Part shown: one piece after another, positions 14,590 through 25,290 of the stretch
Numbering within the stretch: the first letter of the stretch is position 1
Layout of the letters: each line of letters starts with the position of its first letter
Source of the DNA: an uncultured virus (IMG/VR IMGVR_UViG_3300029319_000022)
Taxonomy: Duplodnaviria; Heunggongvirae; Uroviricota; Caudoviricetes
Virus record (IMG/VR): IMGVR_UViG_3300029319_000022
Direction: 5' to 3' (one strand)
DNA: 64,000 nucleotides
Position numbers and translations under genes: made by a program
Notes under the pieces: generated by a model
Seen by the model: the letters and a program-made list of their open reading frames with translations, nothing else
What the model was told of the DNA's origin: nothing
The model's database searches: none

Positions 14590-15583
14590 TTGTAGAGAAT
14601 GCGGCCAGACTTTTGAGACGTTGCGTAGTTTACACGCACACTTAAAAAAGCACGACATGTTTGTCGGCGATTACTACGTCAAACACTTTGCAAAAAAAGA
14701 CAGGTTTACTGACGAGCTAATACCTTATAAAAATTATTCACAATATTTTTCAAAAGATTTTATTAGCGCCGATAACATGAGACTTTGGTGCGCGACAGCA
14801 CCAAAAAAAGAAGTAAAAGATTACATAGTAACTTCTTTTCAGAAAAAATTAAAAAATAAAAAACTTTCGAAGATTCCACCATCTACTTATCTAAAAAGCG
14901 GGGATATACCAGATATAGAGATTTGTAAGAAAATTTTTGGTTCATACAATAACGCATGTAAAAAAATTAAAATGCTGCCCATGTTATCAAAGGGGCTTCC
15001 TAAGAATTTTGATAAAGATTTTACAAACACAAAAATATTTATAGATACTAGAGAGCAAAACCCTTTATCATTTAAAAACGAAGAATTTTTAAAACTTGAT
15101 GTTGGGGATTATGCTGTCATGGGAGATGATTTTGATTATACCTTTGTAGATAGGAAATCCTTTCAGGACTTTTGCGCTACAGTAACAATTGGACATGAAA
15201 GATTTTTAAATGAGATAGAAAGGTGCAAATCTTTAGGTTGTTATTTGTTTGTGGTGATTGAGACAGCTTTTGATGACATGGAGGCAGAGAACAGCAAGTC
15301 TTACAAAAAATTTAAATTAGATTATGTGTTTCATAAAATGCGTAATATACAAGCTGAGCATTCAGACGCTTGTCAGTTCGTATTTAGTGGCTCCAGAGAT
15401 AAAAGTATATTATTGATTCCTAAAATACTAGTATTAGGCAAAAAACTTTGGGGTGTAGATTTAGAATATTTTTGGAGTAACCAATTAAAACAAAATGGCT
15501 TGGCAAACAGGAAAACAGAAACTAAAAAGACCTTACGCAGATATCAACCAACAAATAATCGAAAAAGAGGGATTTTTGGATGA
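14579..15583 (+). CDS. C2H2 zinc finger + ERCC4 (XPF/Mus81-type) nuclease
   Basis: CRECGQTFETLRSLHAHLKKH; IDTREQ, LDVGDY, DRKSFQDF. Confidence 0.8.
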   Translation: MSFNCRECGQTFETLRSLHAHLKKHDMFVGDYYVKHFAKKDRFTDELIPYKNYSQYFSKDFISADNMRLWCATAPKKEVKDYIVTSFQKKLKNKKLSKIPPSTYLKSGDIPDIEICKKIFGSYNNACKKIKMLPMLSKGLPKNFDKDFTNTKIFIDTREQNPLSFKNEEFLKLDVGDYAVMGDDFDYTFVDRKSFQDFCATVTIGHERFLNEIERCKSLGCYLFVVIETAFDDMEAENSKSYKKFKLDYVFHKMRNIQAEHSDACQFVFSGSRDKSILLIPKILVLGKKLWGVDLEYFWSNQLKQNGLANRKTETKKTLRRYQPTNNRKRGIFG

Positions 15584-17360
15584 GACTGAATCGAAGATAC
15601 TTCTTTATAAATTTTTAAGAGAAAACCCATCTTTCGCTACAGATTTATTTACTGGTGTAAAACTTTTTCCATTCCAACATATGGCTATAAAGGCCATGAT
15701 GGAGTCCGATTACTTTTTGGGCATATGGAGCCGAGGAATGTCCAAAAGCTTCTCTACGGCCATTTTCGCTTTGTTAGACGCTATTCTACATCAAGGTGTT
15801 CAGATAGGTATATTGTCTAAATCATTTAGACAGTCAAAAATGATTTTTAAAAAGATTGAAGACATATCAAAAAGCCCAAAAGCTACATTTTTTGCCCAAT
15901 GTATAACTAGGACATCAAAAATGAATGATGAGTGGATTATGGAGATAGGTTCTAGCAGTATAAGAGCTTTACCTTTAGGTGATGGTGAAAAGTTAAGGGG
16001 TTATAGATTTCAAAGAATAATTATTGATGAGTTATTGTTGATGCCAGAAAAAATCTTTAATGAGGTTATAATGCCCTTTTTGTCTGTCGTTGAAAATCCT
16101 ACAGAGAGGCAAGAGATATATGATCTTGAAACAAAGATGATTGAACAGGGGAAAATGAAAGAGGAGGAGCGAAAACAGTGGCCAAACAACAAAATCATTG
16201 GTCTTTCATCTGCGTCCTACAAATTTGAATATTTATATAAATTATATCAGCAATATGAGAACTTGATACTGAATGAAAATAAACAAGATGGGGCGCATAG
16301 AACAATAATGCATTTTAGCTATGACTGCGCTCCTGCTCAGCTATACGATCAAAACTTAATTAATCAGTCTAAGAATACTATGAGTGAGTCTCAATTCCAA
16401 AGAGAGTTTGGGGCAATATTTACAGATGATAGCTCTGGATATTTTAAAGTAAGCAAAATGGCAGAATGCACGATACCTGATGGGGAAGGGCAATCTGTTG
16501 AAGTTATAGGTAATCCTAAAGATCAATATATATTAGCTTTTGACCCATCTTGGTCAGAGAGTGAAAGTTCGGATGACTTTGCTATGCTGCTTATAAAAAT
16601 TAATTTAGAAACTAGAAAGGGCACTGTTGTACATAGTTATGCATTATCTGGTTCAAGTCTAAAAACGCATATTAAGTATATGGCTTACATACTAACTCAC
16701 TTTAATATTGTAGCTGTGGTTGGTGACTACAATGGTGGTGTGCAATTTGTTAACTCATGTAATGAAAGTGAAATATTCAAAAACAAAAATTTAAAACTTG
16801 GTGTTATAGAGGGCGATTTAGATAATACAAAAGATTATGATAAAAATTTAAGAAGGCTAAAAAACCAGTATAATAAATCAGAAAACAAATTTGTGTTTTT
16901 AAGAAAACCTACTTCTGCTTGGATAAGGCTAGCTAATGAATCTTTACAGTCTGCTTTCGACCATAAAAGGATATTTTTTGCTGGGGCGGCTATGAATGAT
17001 GATTATAACAACCAAAGAAAGTCTAGGGTCCCAGTTGAAGAACTAAAGTTTATTAGGAATGACCCCAATCAAAAGGGCGGTAAAGGTGCTAGAATGATTG
17101 ATTTTGTAGAGCATCAAAAGGACATGATGGACTTAATTAAGGTTCAATGCGCTTTAGTCCAGATAACAACTTCTGCTCAAGGCACTCAAAGTTTTGATTT
17201 GCCGCCAACACTGAGGAAGCAAAAAGGCGCTGATAAAGCTAGAAAAGACTCATATTCAGCTTTAGTTTTAGGCAACTGGATGATGAACATTTATTATGAT
17301 ATGCAAGACTTCAATCAAAATAATAATCAACCGACATTTACCCCTATGTTTATTTCTTAA
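15495..17360 (+). CDS. terL: terminase large subunit
   Basis: LFPFQ, SRGMSKS Walker A variant, LRGYRFQRIIIDE Walker B, nuclease LAFDPS and RKDSYSAL. Confidence 0.9.
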   Translation: MAWQTGKQKLKRPYADINQQIIEKEGFLDETESKILLYKFLRENPSFATDLFTGVKLFPFQHMAIKAMMESDYFLGIWSRGMSKSFSTAIFALLDAILHQGVQIGILSKSFRQSKMIFKKIEDISKSPKATFFAQCITRTSKMNDEWIMEIGSSSIRALPLGDGEKLRGYRFQRIIIDELLLMPEKIFNEVIMPFLSVVENPTERQEIYDLETKMIEQGKMKEEERKQWPNNKIIGLSSASYKFEYLYKLYQQYENLILNENKQDGAHRTIMHFSYDCAPAQLYDQNLINQSKNTMSESQFQREFGAIFTDDSSGYFKVSKMAECTIPDGEGQSVEVIGNPKDQYILAFDPSWSESESSDDFAMLLIKINLETRKGTVVHSYALSGSSLKTHIKYMAYILTHFNIVAVVGDYNGGVQFVNSCNESEIFKNKNLKLGVIEGDLDNTKDYDKNLRRLKNQYNKSENKFVFLRKPTSAWIRLANESLQSAFDHKRIFFAGAAMNDDYNNQRKSRVPVEELKFIRNDPNQKGGKGARMIDFVEHQKDMMDLIKVQCALVQITTSAQGTQSFDLPPTLRKQKGADKARKDSYSALVLGNWMMNIYYDMQDFNQNNNQPTFTPMFIS

Positions 17361-17407
17361 CTTTTAAAAGTTGAAAGTTAACTTTAAGTGTAAAACAAAA
17401 TATTGTT

Positions 17408-19378
17408 ATGGCCAAGAGAAAATATACCAAACGTTCAGAATATTGGAATAAATTTAATAAAGAAAGAAAAACCTATGTACCTATAGGGGAAGGTGGGCAA
17501 GTACAGCCTGATTTACTAGGTGAGCCATTTTATACCTCTGATGCATCTTTTCAAGAAATAGCTCAGGCCAGAAGACAAGCTACTAGCACTAGCGCTTTCT
17601 CTGGTACTAGACAAAACAGGGCAGCTTTTGTAAATCTTAGAAATAGATTTTCAAGTATTGCTATAGGAATGCTGCCATATGAGTACTCTACTGATGGAGT
17701 AAATATTCGAGATGCCATAGAGCTTTGTCAAAAAGCATACGCAAATGTAGCAGTTTTTAGAAATGCTATTGATATCATGTCTGAGTTTACAAATACAGAT
17801 GTTTATTTAGAGGGCGGCTCTAGAAAAAGCAGACAGTTTTTTGAAGAATGGTTTAGAAGGATAAACCTTATTAACATAAAAGATCAGTATTTTAGAGAAT
17901 ACTACCGCAGTGGGAATGTTTTTTTATACAGGATGGACGGAAGGTTTCGGGCTGATGACTATGCAAAAATTATAAATCAGGTTGGCGCAATCAATCCCGC
18001 AGCAAATAAAATACCTCTTAGATATGTTTTACTTAACCCTTATGACATAACAGCTAAAAGATCATCAACATTTTCAAGAAACGCATATGAGAAAGTTCTA
18101 TCTGAATATGAGTTAGCAAGGCTTAGAGATCCTCAAACAGATGAAGAGAGGGCATTGCTAGATAGTTTTGATGAGTATACCCAAAAACTTATAAAGGATG
18201 GTGGCTATACAACCACTGGAGTTAAAATGAAGCTCGACGGAGAAAAACTGTCATATTCATTTTATAAAAAACAAGATTATGAACCTTTTGCTGTTCCATT
18301 TGGTTTCCCAGTTTTAGATGACATAAATGCTAAGATGGAACTAAAGAAAATGGATCAAGCGATTACAAGGACTGTAGAGAATGTAATTTTGTTGATTACT
18401 ATGGGAGCTGATCCAGATAAAGGTGGCGTTAATCCTAACAATCTGGCCGCCATGCAAAATCTATTCAAGAACGAAAGTGTCGGCAGGGTTTTAGTTTCTG
18501 ATTATACTACAAAAGCAGAATTTATAATACCAGAGCTTAATAGAGTTTTGGGGCCAGATAAATATAAGATTCTTAATGAAGATATTAAACAAGGCTTGCA
18601 AAACATTGTTGTAGGCGAGGAAAAATACAACTCTACTCAAGTTAAAGCACAAATATTTATTGATAGATTAAAAGAGTCTAGAAATGGATTTTTAAATGAT
18701 TTTTTACAGAGAGAGATAAAAAGAATAGCATCTGATCTTGGTTTTAGATCTTACCCCCAAGTAAAGATGAAAGATATAGATATGAGAGACGAAACTCAAT
18801 TGATGAGAGTTTCTACTCGATTGATGGAGCTTGGTATACTTACTCCGCAACAAGGAATGGAAATGTTCCATAATGGTAAGTTCCCTGATGCAGAAAATAT
18901 TGCTCCAGCTCAAGAAACATTTATCCAAGAAAGAAAAGGAGGTTTTTACAATCCTTTGGTGGGAGGTGTACCTATGATAGAATCTGACACCCCAAAAACA
19001 AAAACCCCAAATGAGGTAGGCAGACCTGAAGGTACAGTCGATATACCTGTTTCAAACTCAACATATTCTAGAGCAAACATACAATCAACGCTGTATAAAA
19101 TAGATAATTTTATAAATGATTCTAGGGAGAAACTTGTGGCAAAAAGCGGTAAAGGTGAGATTTCTGAATCAATGGGTAACGTCCTAACTGATTTGTGTGA
19201 ATCTATAGTATGTTCCGAAAATGAAGAATCTTGGGCCGAAAGATTTGATTTCTGTGTAAATAACCTTGATGAGATAGAAAATCTAGAAACTTTGACAGAG
19301 GTTTTATCAATATCTGCAAAGCATAATCTTGAATTATATCCATCAGCAATTTTATACCACAGCACCAAAGAATCTTAA
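17408..19378 (+). CDS. portal protein
   Basis: follows terL; VFRNAIDIMSEF and EYYRSGNVFLY portal-like helices; size. Confidence 0.8.
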   Translation: MAKRKYTKRSEYWNKFNKERKTYVPIGEGGQVQPDLLGEPFYTSDASFQEIAQARRQATSTSAFSGTRQNRAAFVNLRNRFSSIAIGMLPYEYSTDGVNIRDAIELCQKAYANVAVFRNAIDIMSEFTNTDVYLEGGSRKSRQFFEEWFRRINLINIKDQYFREYYRSGNVFLYRMDGRFRADDYAKIINQVGAINPAANKIPLRYVLLNPYDITAKRSSTFSRNAYEKVLSEYELARLRDPQTDEERALLDSFDEYTQKLIKDGGYTTTGVKMKLDGEKLSYSFYKKQDYEPFAVPFGFPVLDDINAKMELKKMDQAITRTVENVILLITMGADPDKGGVNPNNLAAMQNLFKNESVGRVLVSDYTTKAEFIIPELNRVLGPDKYKILNEDIKQGLQNIVVGEEKYNSTQVKAQIFIDRLKESRNGFLNDFLQREIKRIASDLGFRSYPQVKMKDIDMRDETQLMRVSTRLMELGILTPQQGMEMFHNGKFPDAENIAPAQETFIQERKGGFYNPLVGGVPMIESDTPKTKTPNEVGRPEGTVDIPVSNSTYSRANIQSTLYKIDNFINDSREKLVAKSGKGEISESMGNVLTDLCESIVCSENEESWAERFDFCVNNLDEIENLETLTEVLSISAKHNLELYPSAILYHSTKES

Positions 19379-20865
19379 TGGATTATAAATATAAAACAAC
19401 TTTTGAATGCCCAATCTCAGTTTGCGAAATAAGCAAGGCTTCTCTAATATCTGAGGCTTCATTAAGTAATCTAGCTCCACTAGTCCCTAAAAATATAGAT
19501 TATAAAAGCAATGTTGATTTACTAGGGGTGGCGTTTAATGCAGCTGTTGTAAATAAATTCAATAGGAATGGCGACGGGATGTCAACCTCAACTGCAATTG
19601 AGTACACGCCAAATTTTATTCATAAACCAACTAATATAGAACATAATAAGCAAAAAATAGTTGGGCATATTGTAGATGCTGGATTTAGCGATATTAAAAC
19701 TAATAAAATTTTAAATGCTGAAGATATAAAAAATAAAAAAAATTCTTTTAATATAGCTCTAGGGGCCGTTATTTACAAATCAGTAAATAAAGATTTTACT
19801 AATCTTGTCCAAAGATCCTTAGACCCAGACGATCCAGCATATCAAAAAGTTTCTGCAAGCTGGGAAGTTGGGTTCAGTAATTTTGTTTTAGCCGTGGGTA
19901 GCGATAACCTAGAAGATGCAAAAATCATCTCAGACCCTGAAAAAATAGCAGAGATGAAAGGATTTTTAAGAAGTTATGGTGGCACTGGAAAAACAGATAA
20001 AGGGGAAAATATATATAGACTGATAACTGGCAAAATATACCCTTTAGGCATTGCCTATACTATGAACCCAGCAGCAAATGTAAAAGGTTTGTACTCAGAT
20101 AAACCTGATACAGAAAAAATTTTTATAAATGATAAACGTGATAAAATTTCACAAAATTTAAATTTAAATGTAAAGAACGAAAAGGATATTAACGCTATGG
20201 AAATCGAAAAAACTATTTCAGAACTTAAAGAGCTTCTAAATGAGAAAAAATTCTCTCAAGAAGCTATCGCTTCAATGACTGACACTTTCTCTAATGCTAT
20301 TAAAGAGCGCGATGAGAAATACCGTGCAGATATTGAGGAAGCTAAGAAACAAAAAGAATTAATTGCTAAAGAATACGAGGATTTAAAAACCTCAGTAGCT
20401 GATCTTGAGCAGAAACTAGGAGAAGCAAATGAGCGCATCTCTGTTTTTGAAAACGAGAAAAAAGCTGAAGAAGCTATAGCTAGATTCAATGAAAGAATGG
20501 ATTCTATTGATGAGTCTTACGACCTTGATGATGAGGATCGTGAATTTTTAGCTAATGAGCTTAAAGATCTTGGTGAAGACGCAGAATTTACTTCTTTTGC
20601 TTCAAAACTAGAAGTTCTTTGGAGACACAAGAATAAAGAGGCACAAGCTTCAATTCAAGAAGAAATCCAAAAGCGTATTGATGAAGAAGTCGCTAAAAGA
20701 GTTTCAAACGCCTCTGAAGAGGTTGAAGTTGAAAAAGTTTTTGACGAAGCTGAAGTGACCGACTCTGAGATCCCTAACGCAAATGAAGCAGTCGCATCTG
20801 ATAACAAATCTTTGATTGAAAGATTCAAAGAGGCTTTCAAGCGTGAAAATATTGAAATTTCTTAA
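19378..20865 (+). CDS. prohead protease/scaffold fusion
   Basis: NRNGDG, KPTNIEH, IVGHI, SASWEV and NPAANV protease-like motifs, followed by an acidic coiled coil. Confidence 0.75.
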   Translation: MDYKYKTTFECPISVCEISKASLISEASLSNLAPLVPKNIDYKSNVDLLGVAFNAAVVNKFNRNGDGMSTSTAIEYTPNFIHKPTNIEHNKQKIVGHIVDAGFSDIKTNKILNAEDIKNKKNSFNIALGAVIYKSVNKDFTNLVQRSLDPDDPAYQKVSASWEVGFSNFVLAVGSDNLEDAKIISDPEKIAEMKGFLRSYGGTGKTDKGENIYRLITGKIYPLGIAYTMNPAANVKGLYSDKPDTEKIFINDKRDKISQNLNLNVKNEKDINAMEIEKTISELKELLNEKKFSQEAIASMTDTFSNAIKERDEKYRADIEEAKKQKELIAKEYEDLKTSVADLEQKLGEANERISVFENEKKAEEAIARFNERMDSIDESYDLDDEDREFLANELKDLGEDAEFTSFASKLEVLWRHKNKEAQASIQEEIQKRIDEEVAKRVSNASEEVEVEKVFDEAEVTDSEIPNANEAVASDNKSLIERFKEAFKRENIEIS

Positions 20866-20898
20866 CTAACTAAACTTTAATTTAACTAAAATAAAATT

Positions 20899-21567
20899 AT
20901 GGGATTACGAATTCTACCTTTCAGACAATACTCTGATCATGATGTCATAAACTTATATTCCGTTATCGGAAGTGATGTTCTTGACTCTACCACTGATACT
21001 GGCGCTGGTGATGCTGGCGTTTTCGTTAAAGTGAGTGATGGTGACTTCGATAAAGAGCCTGTTGAGTATCAAACAAATTCTTATTTGGGTGATAGCAGCT
21101 ATCCGTTCTTAGGTACAACAAAAATGTACCCTGAAGTCAATCTTAAAATTACAGGTGCTAAAGATGAGGATCACGCCATTGGTATGACACTTCTTCAGAC
21201 AGCTAAAAATGATGAAAATGGCGAGAAGCTGCTTTACAATCCAACAAAGCAAGCAGAACTCCAAGCTGTATTACCTGGGCAAGCTGTACCTATTGCAACT
21301 AAAGGAATCTTTACTTTGACCTCTGGCGCATTTGAAGGACCGCTTACTAGTTATGCTCCAGGAAATAGAATTAAGCTTGGTTCAACTGCTGGTAAAATCA
21401 CTGGTTTTGCTTCAATCGCTGCTGGATCTATCACTACTGGTGATTTGGTAGCTGAGGATAAAGTTTTTGGACACGTTCTTGGAACAGGATCTAGATTATC
21501 AACTAGTGGGCCAGTGAACGATCAATTCCAAGGCACTTACATCATTATTTCATTTGATTGTAACTAA
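20899..21567 (+). CDS. capsid decoration/cement protein
   Basis: lies between scaffold and major capsid protein; G/T/A-rich. Confidence 0.6.
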   Translation: MGLRILPFRQYSDHDVINLYSVIGSDVLDSTTDTGAGDAGVFVKVSDGDFDKEPVEYQTNSYLGDSSYPFLGTTKMYPEVNLKITGAKDEDHAIGMTLLQTAKNDENGEKLLYNPTKQAELQAVLPGQAVPIATKGIFTLTSGAFEGPLTSYAPGNRIKLGSTAGKITGFASIAAGSITTGDLVAEDKVFGHVLGTGSRLSTSGPVNDQFQGTYIIISFDCN

Positions 21568-21589
21568 TTTTTAGAAAGGATTTTATAAA

Positions 21590-22732
21590 ATGAAAATTAC
21601 TTTAAAACGTACACCAGAGCAGGTCGAGCTTATAAAAGCTATGGCTTCTCGCAATAAAACTATTGCATATGAGGCTCAGGTTGCACTTGCCGAGTTTATC
21701 GGACCAGTTTTAGCTGAGGTTCTTAACCAAGCTCCAACTGTAAGCAATCTGTTCCAGTCACTTCAGTTTAATGCTGATGATAATCCAAGCATTCCTTTGG
21801 ACCTTTACTACAACATTTCCAATGAGGATTATGTTCAGGTATACAGCCAAAGCCACGCTGGGGGTCTTCCAACTTCACAAGTTCTACCAACTGCATCTGA
21901 GTTGAAACTTGCTACTTATAGCCTTGATAGTGCTGTAAGCTTTGATCGTCGTTATGCTGCTAAAAGCCGCATGGACGTTGTGAGCAAGACTTTCACTCGT
22001 GTTGCTCAGGAGATCTTAATTAAGCAGGAAACTACTTCTGCTACTTTGCTTATGACAGCTGTAGCAAATGCTAGTACAAACGGCAGAGCACACGTTGAGA
22101 CCAACCGAGTTGCTAGCAAGTTTACACTTGCTGATATGAATGATCTGCTTACTCTTGCTAAGAGAATCAACACTTCATTCATTGGCGGCACACCAACAAG
22201 TCGCACAAAAGGCTTAACTGATCTTATTTGTTCGCCAGAAGTTGTTCAAGATATCCGTTCAATAGCTTACAACGCTATTAACTCTGCGGATGCAGACGGA
22301 TCAGTTCCAGGTGGTACAGATGGTCTTGCAGCTCCTGATGAGCTTCGTATGGACATTTTCCGTAACGCAGGTATTCCTGAGTTTTACGGTCTTGGAATTA
22401 TGGAGATCAATGAGCTTGGAACAAACCAAAAGTTTAACACTCTTTTCGATGTAGCTGCTGGTTCAACTACTTATACCAATCCAGCTGGCGCTCCTGATAT
22501 CACTTTCAACACCGCAACTGACGATTTCGTCCTTGGTGTTGATCGCTCCAGAGACGCACTCATTCGTGCAGTCGCTGTCGATGATGAGAGCGGTGGAGAG
22601 TTCAATCTTATTGCTGACGATCAGTACAGCATACGCCAAAACAAGATCGGATATTTCGGATCTATGGAAGAGGGCAGAGTTGTCCTTGACAATAGAGTTC
22701 TTGTAGGTAAGATTATTGGAGCAGCTGATTAA
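21590..22732 (+). CDS. major capsid protein (HK97 fold)
   Basis: 380 aa; synteny; AAGGA RBS-like motif; followed by a strong terminator. Confidence 0.8.
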   Translation: MKITLKRTPEQVELIKAMASRNKTIAYEAQVALAEFIGPVLAEVLNQAPTVSNLFQSLQFNADDNPSIPLDLYYNISNEDYVQVYSQSHAGGLPTSQVLPTASELKLATYSLDSAVSFDRRYAAKSRMDVVSKTFTRVAQEILIKQETTSATLLMTAVANASTNGRAHVETNRVASKFTLADMNDLLTLAKRINTSFIGGTPTSRTKGLTDLICSPEVVQDIRSIAYNAINSADADGSVPGGTDGLAAPDELRMDIFRNAGIPEFYGLGIMEINELGTNQKFNTLFDVAAGSTTYTNPAGAPDITFNTATDDFVLGVDRSRDALIRAVAVDDESGGEFNLIADDQYSIRQNKIGYFGSMEEGRVVLDNRVLVGKIIGAAD

Positions 22733-22753
22733 TCTTCAATTGTTACTCATATT

Positions 22754-22786
22754 AAAAGGTCACCTCGAAAGGGGTGGCCTTTTTTT
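22754..22786 (+). terminator. intrinsic terminator after the major capsid gene
   Basis: AGGTCACCTC-GAAA-GGGGTGGCCT followed by a T tract. Confidence 0.9.
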
Positions 22787-22820
22787 ATTTAAATTATTTA
22801 CTAAGTGTATATAATATTGT

Positions 22821-23255
22821 ATGAACGAAGAAGAAACACCATATGAAGAGGTTACTACAGGTCAAGAAGTGCCTGAAAAAGAAGGTTTACTTGAAGAGCT
22901 AGAGCGTCTTAGAAAAGCTGGAGAAACCAGCACTGCACGTTACCAAGAAGTGCTAAGACAAGTTGAGGTAGCTTTTGGCACAGGGCAAACTAATTTTTTT
23001 GGTACTCATGATATGGAGGAATTAAAGAAAAAGATAAAAAAAATGAATAATGCTGATTTGCATAGTTTTGCAATGAAAGTTGGAATTAACCCTTTTTATG
23101 ATAGACCTGTATTAATTGAAAATATTAAAAAAGAATTTCATAAGTTTCAGAATAAAGGCAACATATTTACCAACCCTGTCCCAGAACCATCAATTAAATT
23201 AGACCCCAAAGATCCTAAACATAAAGAAGTTCTTGATTGGTTAAATACAGATTAA
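22821..23255 (+). CDS. hypothetical protein
   Basis: ORF track; GTGTAT upstream. Confidence 0.7.
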   Translation: MNEEETPYEEVTTGQEVPEKEGLLEELERLRKAGETSTARYQEVLRQVEVAFGTGQTNFFGTHDMEELKKKIKKMNNADLHSFAMKVGINPFYDRPVLIENIKKEFHKFQNKGNIFTNPVPEPSIKLDPKDPKHKEVLDWLNTD

Positions 23256-23271
23256 TAGTGTAATAACTTAC

Positions 23272-23757
23272 ATGACCGCTTTAGAAGACTTAGCTTCAGG
23301 AATTGTAGAAACAGAATTTGATGGTGACACTGGAATAGCAACAGTGGCTTCAGTTAGTGGATGGTTGTTTGAAAATTTAGGAAAACTAAATACACATATA
23401 TACACAGATTTTAGCGGGGCAACCGCAAGCGGAACATATGGCGTAATTGATATTGAAGCTCAAGGCATATTAAAAGAGCTTTATCTTTACAACTATTATA
23501 TCAAACAATCACGAAATGCTTTGAGGGGGATAACTGACTCCTCAGTTAGCGGTGATAATGTTTTATCGTTAAAAGACGGAGAAAGCTCTGTAACGTTCGT
23601 TAACCGTAATGAGGTATCAAAGGTGTACAGAGGTCTTGCAAGCGATTCTATGGCCAATATAGAGCGATTATCAGCAAAGTATAATATATATCAGGCTCAG
23701 CCTAGACAACTTCATGGCGTTGATGGCAGCGGAATATTGACCTACCCAAGCGATTAG
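23272..23757 (+). CDS. putative head-tail adaptor
   Basis: size and synteny; SLKDGESSVTF beta-hairpin typical of adaptors. Confidence 0.55.
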   Translation: MTALEDLASGIVETEFDGDTGIATVASVSGWLFENLGKLNTHIYTDFSGATASGTYGVIDIEAQGILKELYLYNYYIKQSRNALRGITDSSVSGDNVLSLKDGESSVTFVNRNEVSKVYRGLASDSMANIERLSAKYNIYQAQPRQLHGVDGSGILTYPSD

Positions 23758-23760
23758 CCT

Positions 23761-23991
23761 TTAAGCTTTCCTAGTTTTAGCTTCAGCTAAATCTTTTTTC
23801 AACTGTAGTTTAAGCTTAGCTTTTGTTTCTGCATCTTTACCAGCAGCTTCTTTAGCAAATGCTTTTCGCATTTCAGCTGCTGATAATTTAGGCTTAGGCT
23901 TAGGCTTAGGTTTTGGCTTAGCTTTAGGGATTGCAGATTTTTTAGGTACAGTTTTTTTAGCAACTGGGGTTTTTGTTTTTTTATTAGGCAT
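23761..23991 (-). CDS. Lys/Pro/Ala-rich basic protein (histone-H1-like composition)
   Basis: KAKPKPKPKPKPK repeat; very basic. Confidence 0.6.
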   Translation of the reverse strand: MPNKKTKTPVAKKTVPKKSAIPKAKPKPKPKPKPKLSAAEMRKAFAKEAAGKDAETKAKLKLQLKKDLAEAKTRKA

Positions 23992-24030
23992 TATGAGTCT
24001 ACTTTTATAATATGAGATCTTAAATTATGA

Positions 24031-24060
24031 ATAAAAACCCCGCCGAAGCGGGGTTTGTTT
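24031..24060 (-). terminator. intrinsic terminator after the tail tube gene
   Basis: AAACCCCGC-TTCG-GCGGGGTTTTT on the minus strand; may be bidirectional. Confidence 0.85.
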
Positions 24061-24111
24061 TATTTAATAGTTAACTAATCAAGGTGTTGTCTGACTATTT
24101 GAATTACCTCA

Positions 24112-25242
24112 TTATGTGGAGAATTCGAAAGCTGGATCTGTGTTAGCTCCGCTCATAAACAAACCAACACTAGATTCATCTATTCCTCCAACTTGAGTTG
24201 AAAAAGTTAAATCTACAGTTTTATTAGATCCAATAGACGATGACATACTCTCACTATCAATTTTAAGCCCTTTTAAAGTGTAGGTAACAACGTCATTTCC
24301 AGATTTATTTTTTAATGTAACTGAAGCATTTTGAACTCCTGAAGTTAAAGTATTAGCAAGGTTCATATCTGTCTCCTCATTAACCAACGCGCTAACAGAC
24401 ATGCTCACATTAATTGGAAAATCAACTTCACGAGCGAATGGGAATCTGCTTCCCAATCTTTGTAATGGACTTCTTGAGAGAGGCATATTTATTGAAACAC
24501 TTTGTACATGTGCTCCATTAGAATCACTGGATAAATCAGCGGCAGTCTCTCCGTCAAGATTTGTTAAACTAACTGATATATCTCCTGGGCGTAAAGCTTT
24601 AATATCACTTACACCCTGTGAAGGCGTAGGTAGTTTAATTACTTTGTCCTCTGCGGTTCCGTCCTCTTGATCAACTGCTGGGCTGTTAACAAATCCACCA
24701 CCAGCTGTACTATTATCAGAACGCACGTTTGCACCTTCCATACTTACAGATACCGTTGGAATAGATCCAACTGCTAAATCAACAGTGTAATCACTTACAT
24801 AGCAGTTTCCTATACCAATACAACTGTGGTTAGTGCCAGTTACTGCACCATTTAAATCTTTACCTTCTGGACCTGTTAAAATAAAAACGTTTTTGCCAGA
24901 ACTTGCAGTCATGTGTCCTGAAGCAAATTGTGACTCACTGGACCTCTTACCTCCTCCAGTTCTTACGTAAAATCCTAAAAGTCTCTCATTAAATCCATCA
25001 GTTAAATAATATGAAAAGTCCGTGCTAACTGTCGGCGCATCCATTATTACTGAATCAATTCTAGAAAGATCTCCAAATTGGTTAATGTCCTGCCTGTTAA
25101 TGGTATAACTAAAGTTAGCGCTTTGCACTCTCTCTATTTGCTGGACATTTGGCGCACCATCGATTCCAGTCGCTCCTGTTGAAGCTGCGTCATGACTTAC
25201 AAAAAGTCCTTCTGATTGATAAATTACTCTGTTTCTGGCCAT
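24112..25242 (-). CDS. major tail tube protein
   Basis: follows the neck genes; two-domain beta-rich protein (RVQSANFSYTINRQDINQFG; HVQSVSINMPLSRSPLQRLG); terminator downstream. Confidence 0.7.
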   Translation of the reverse strand: MARNRVIYQSEGLFVSHDAASTGATGIDGAPNVQQIERVQSANFSYTINRQDINQFGDLSRIDSVIMDAPTVSTDFSYYLTDGFNERLLGFYVRTGGGKRSSESQFASGHMTASSGKNVFILTGPEGKDLNGAVTGTNHSCIGIGNCYVSDYTVDLAVGSIPTVSVSMEGANVRSDNSTAGGGFVNSPAVDQEDGTAEDKVIKLPTPSQGVSDIKALRPGDISVSLTNLDGETAADLSSDSNGAHVQSVSINMPLSRSPLQRLGSRFPFAREVDFPINVSMSVSALVNEETDMNLANTLTSGVQNASVTLKNKSGNDVVTYTLKGLKIDSESMSSSIGSNKTVDLTFSTQVGGIDESSVGLFMSGANTDPAFEFST

Positions 25243-25290
25243 AATATAAATTCTTTACTTTGTTTACAGTTTTAGTTGAAAAATATGAAA

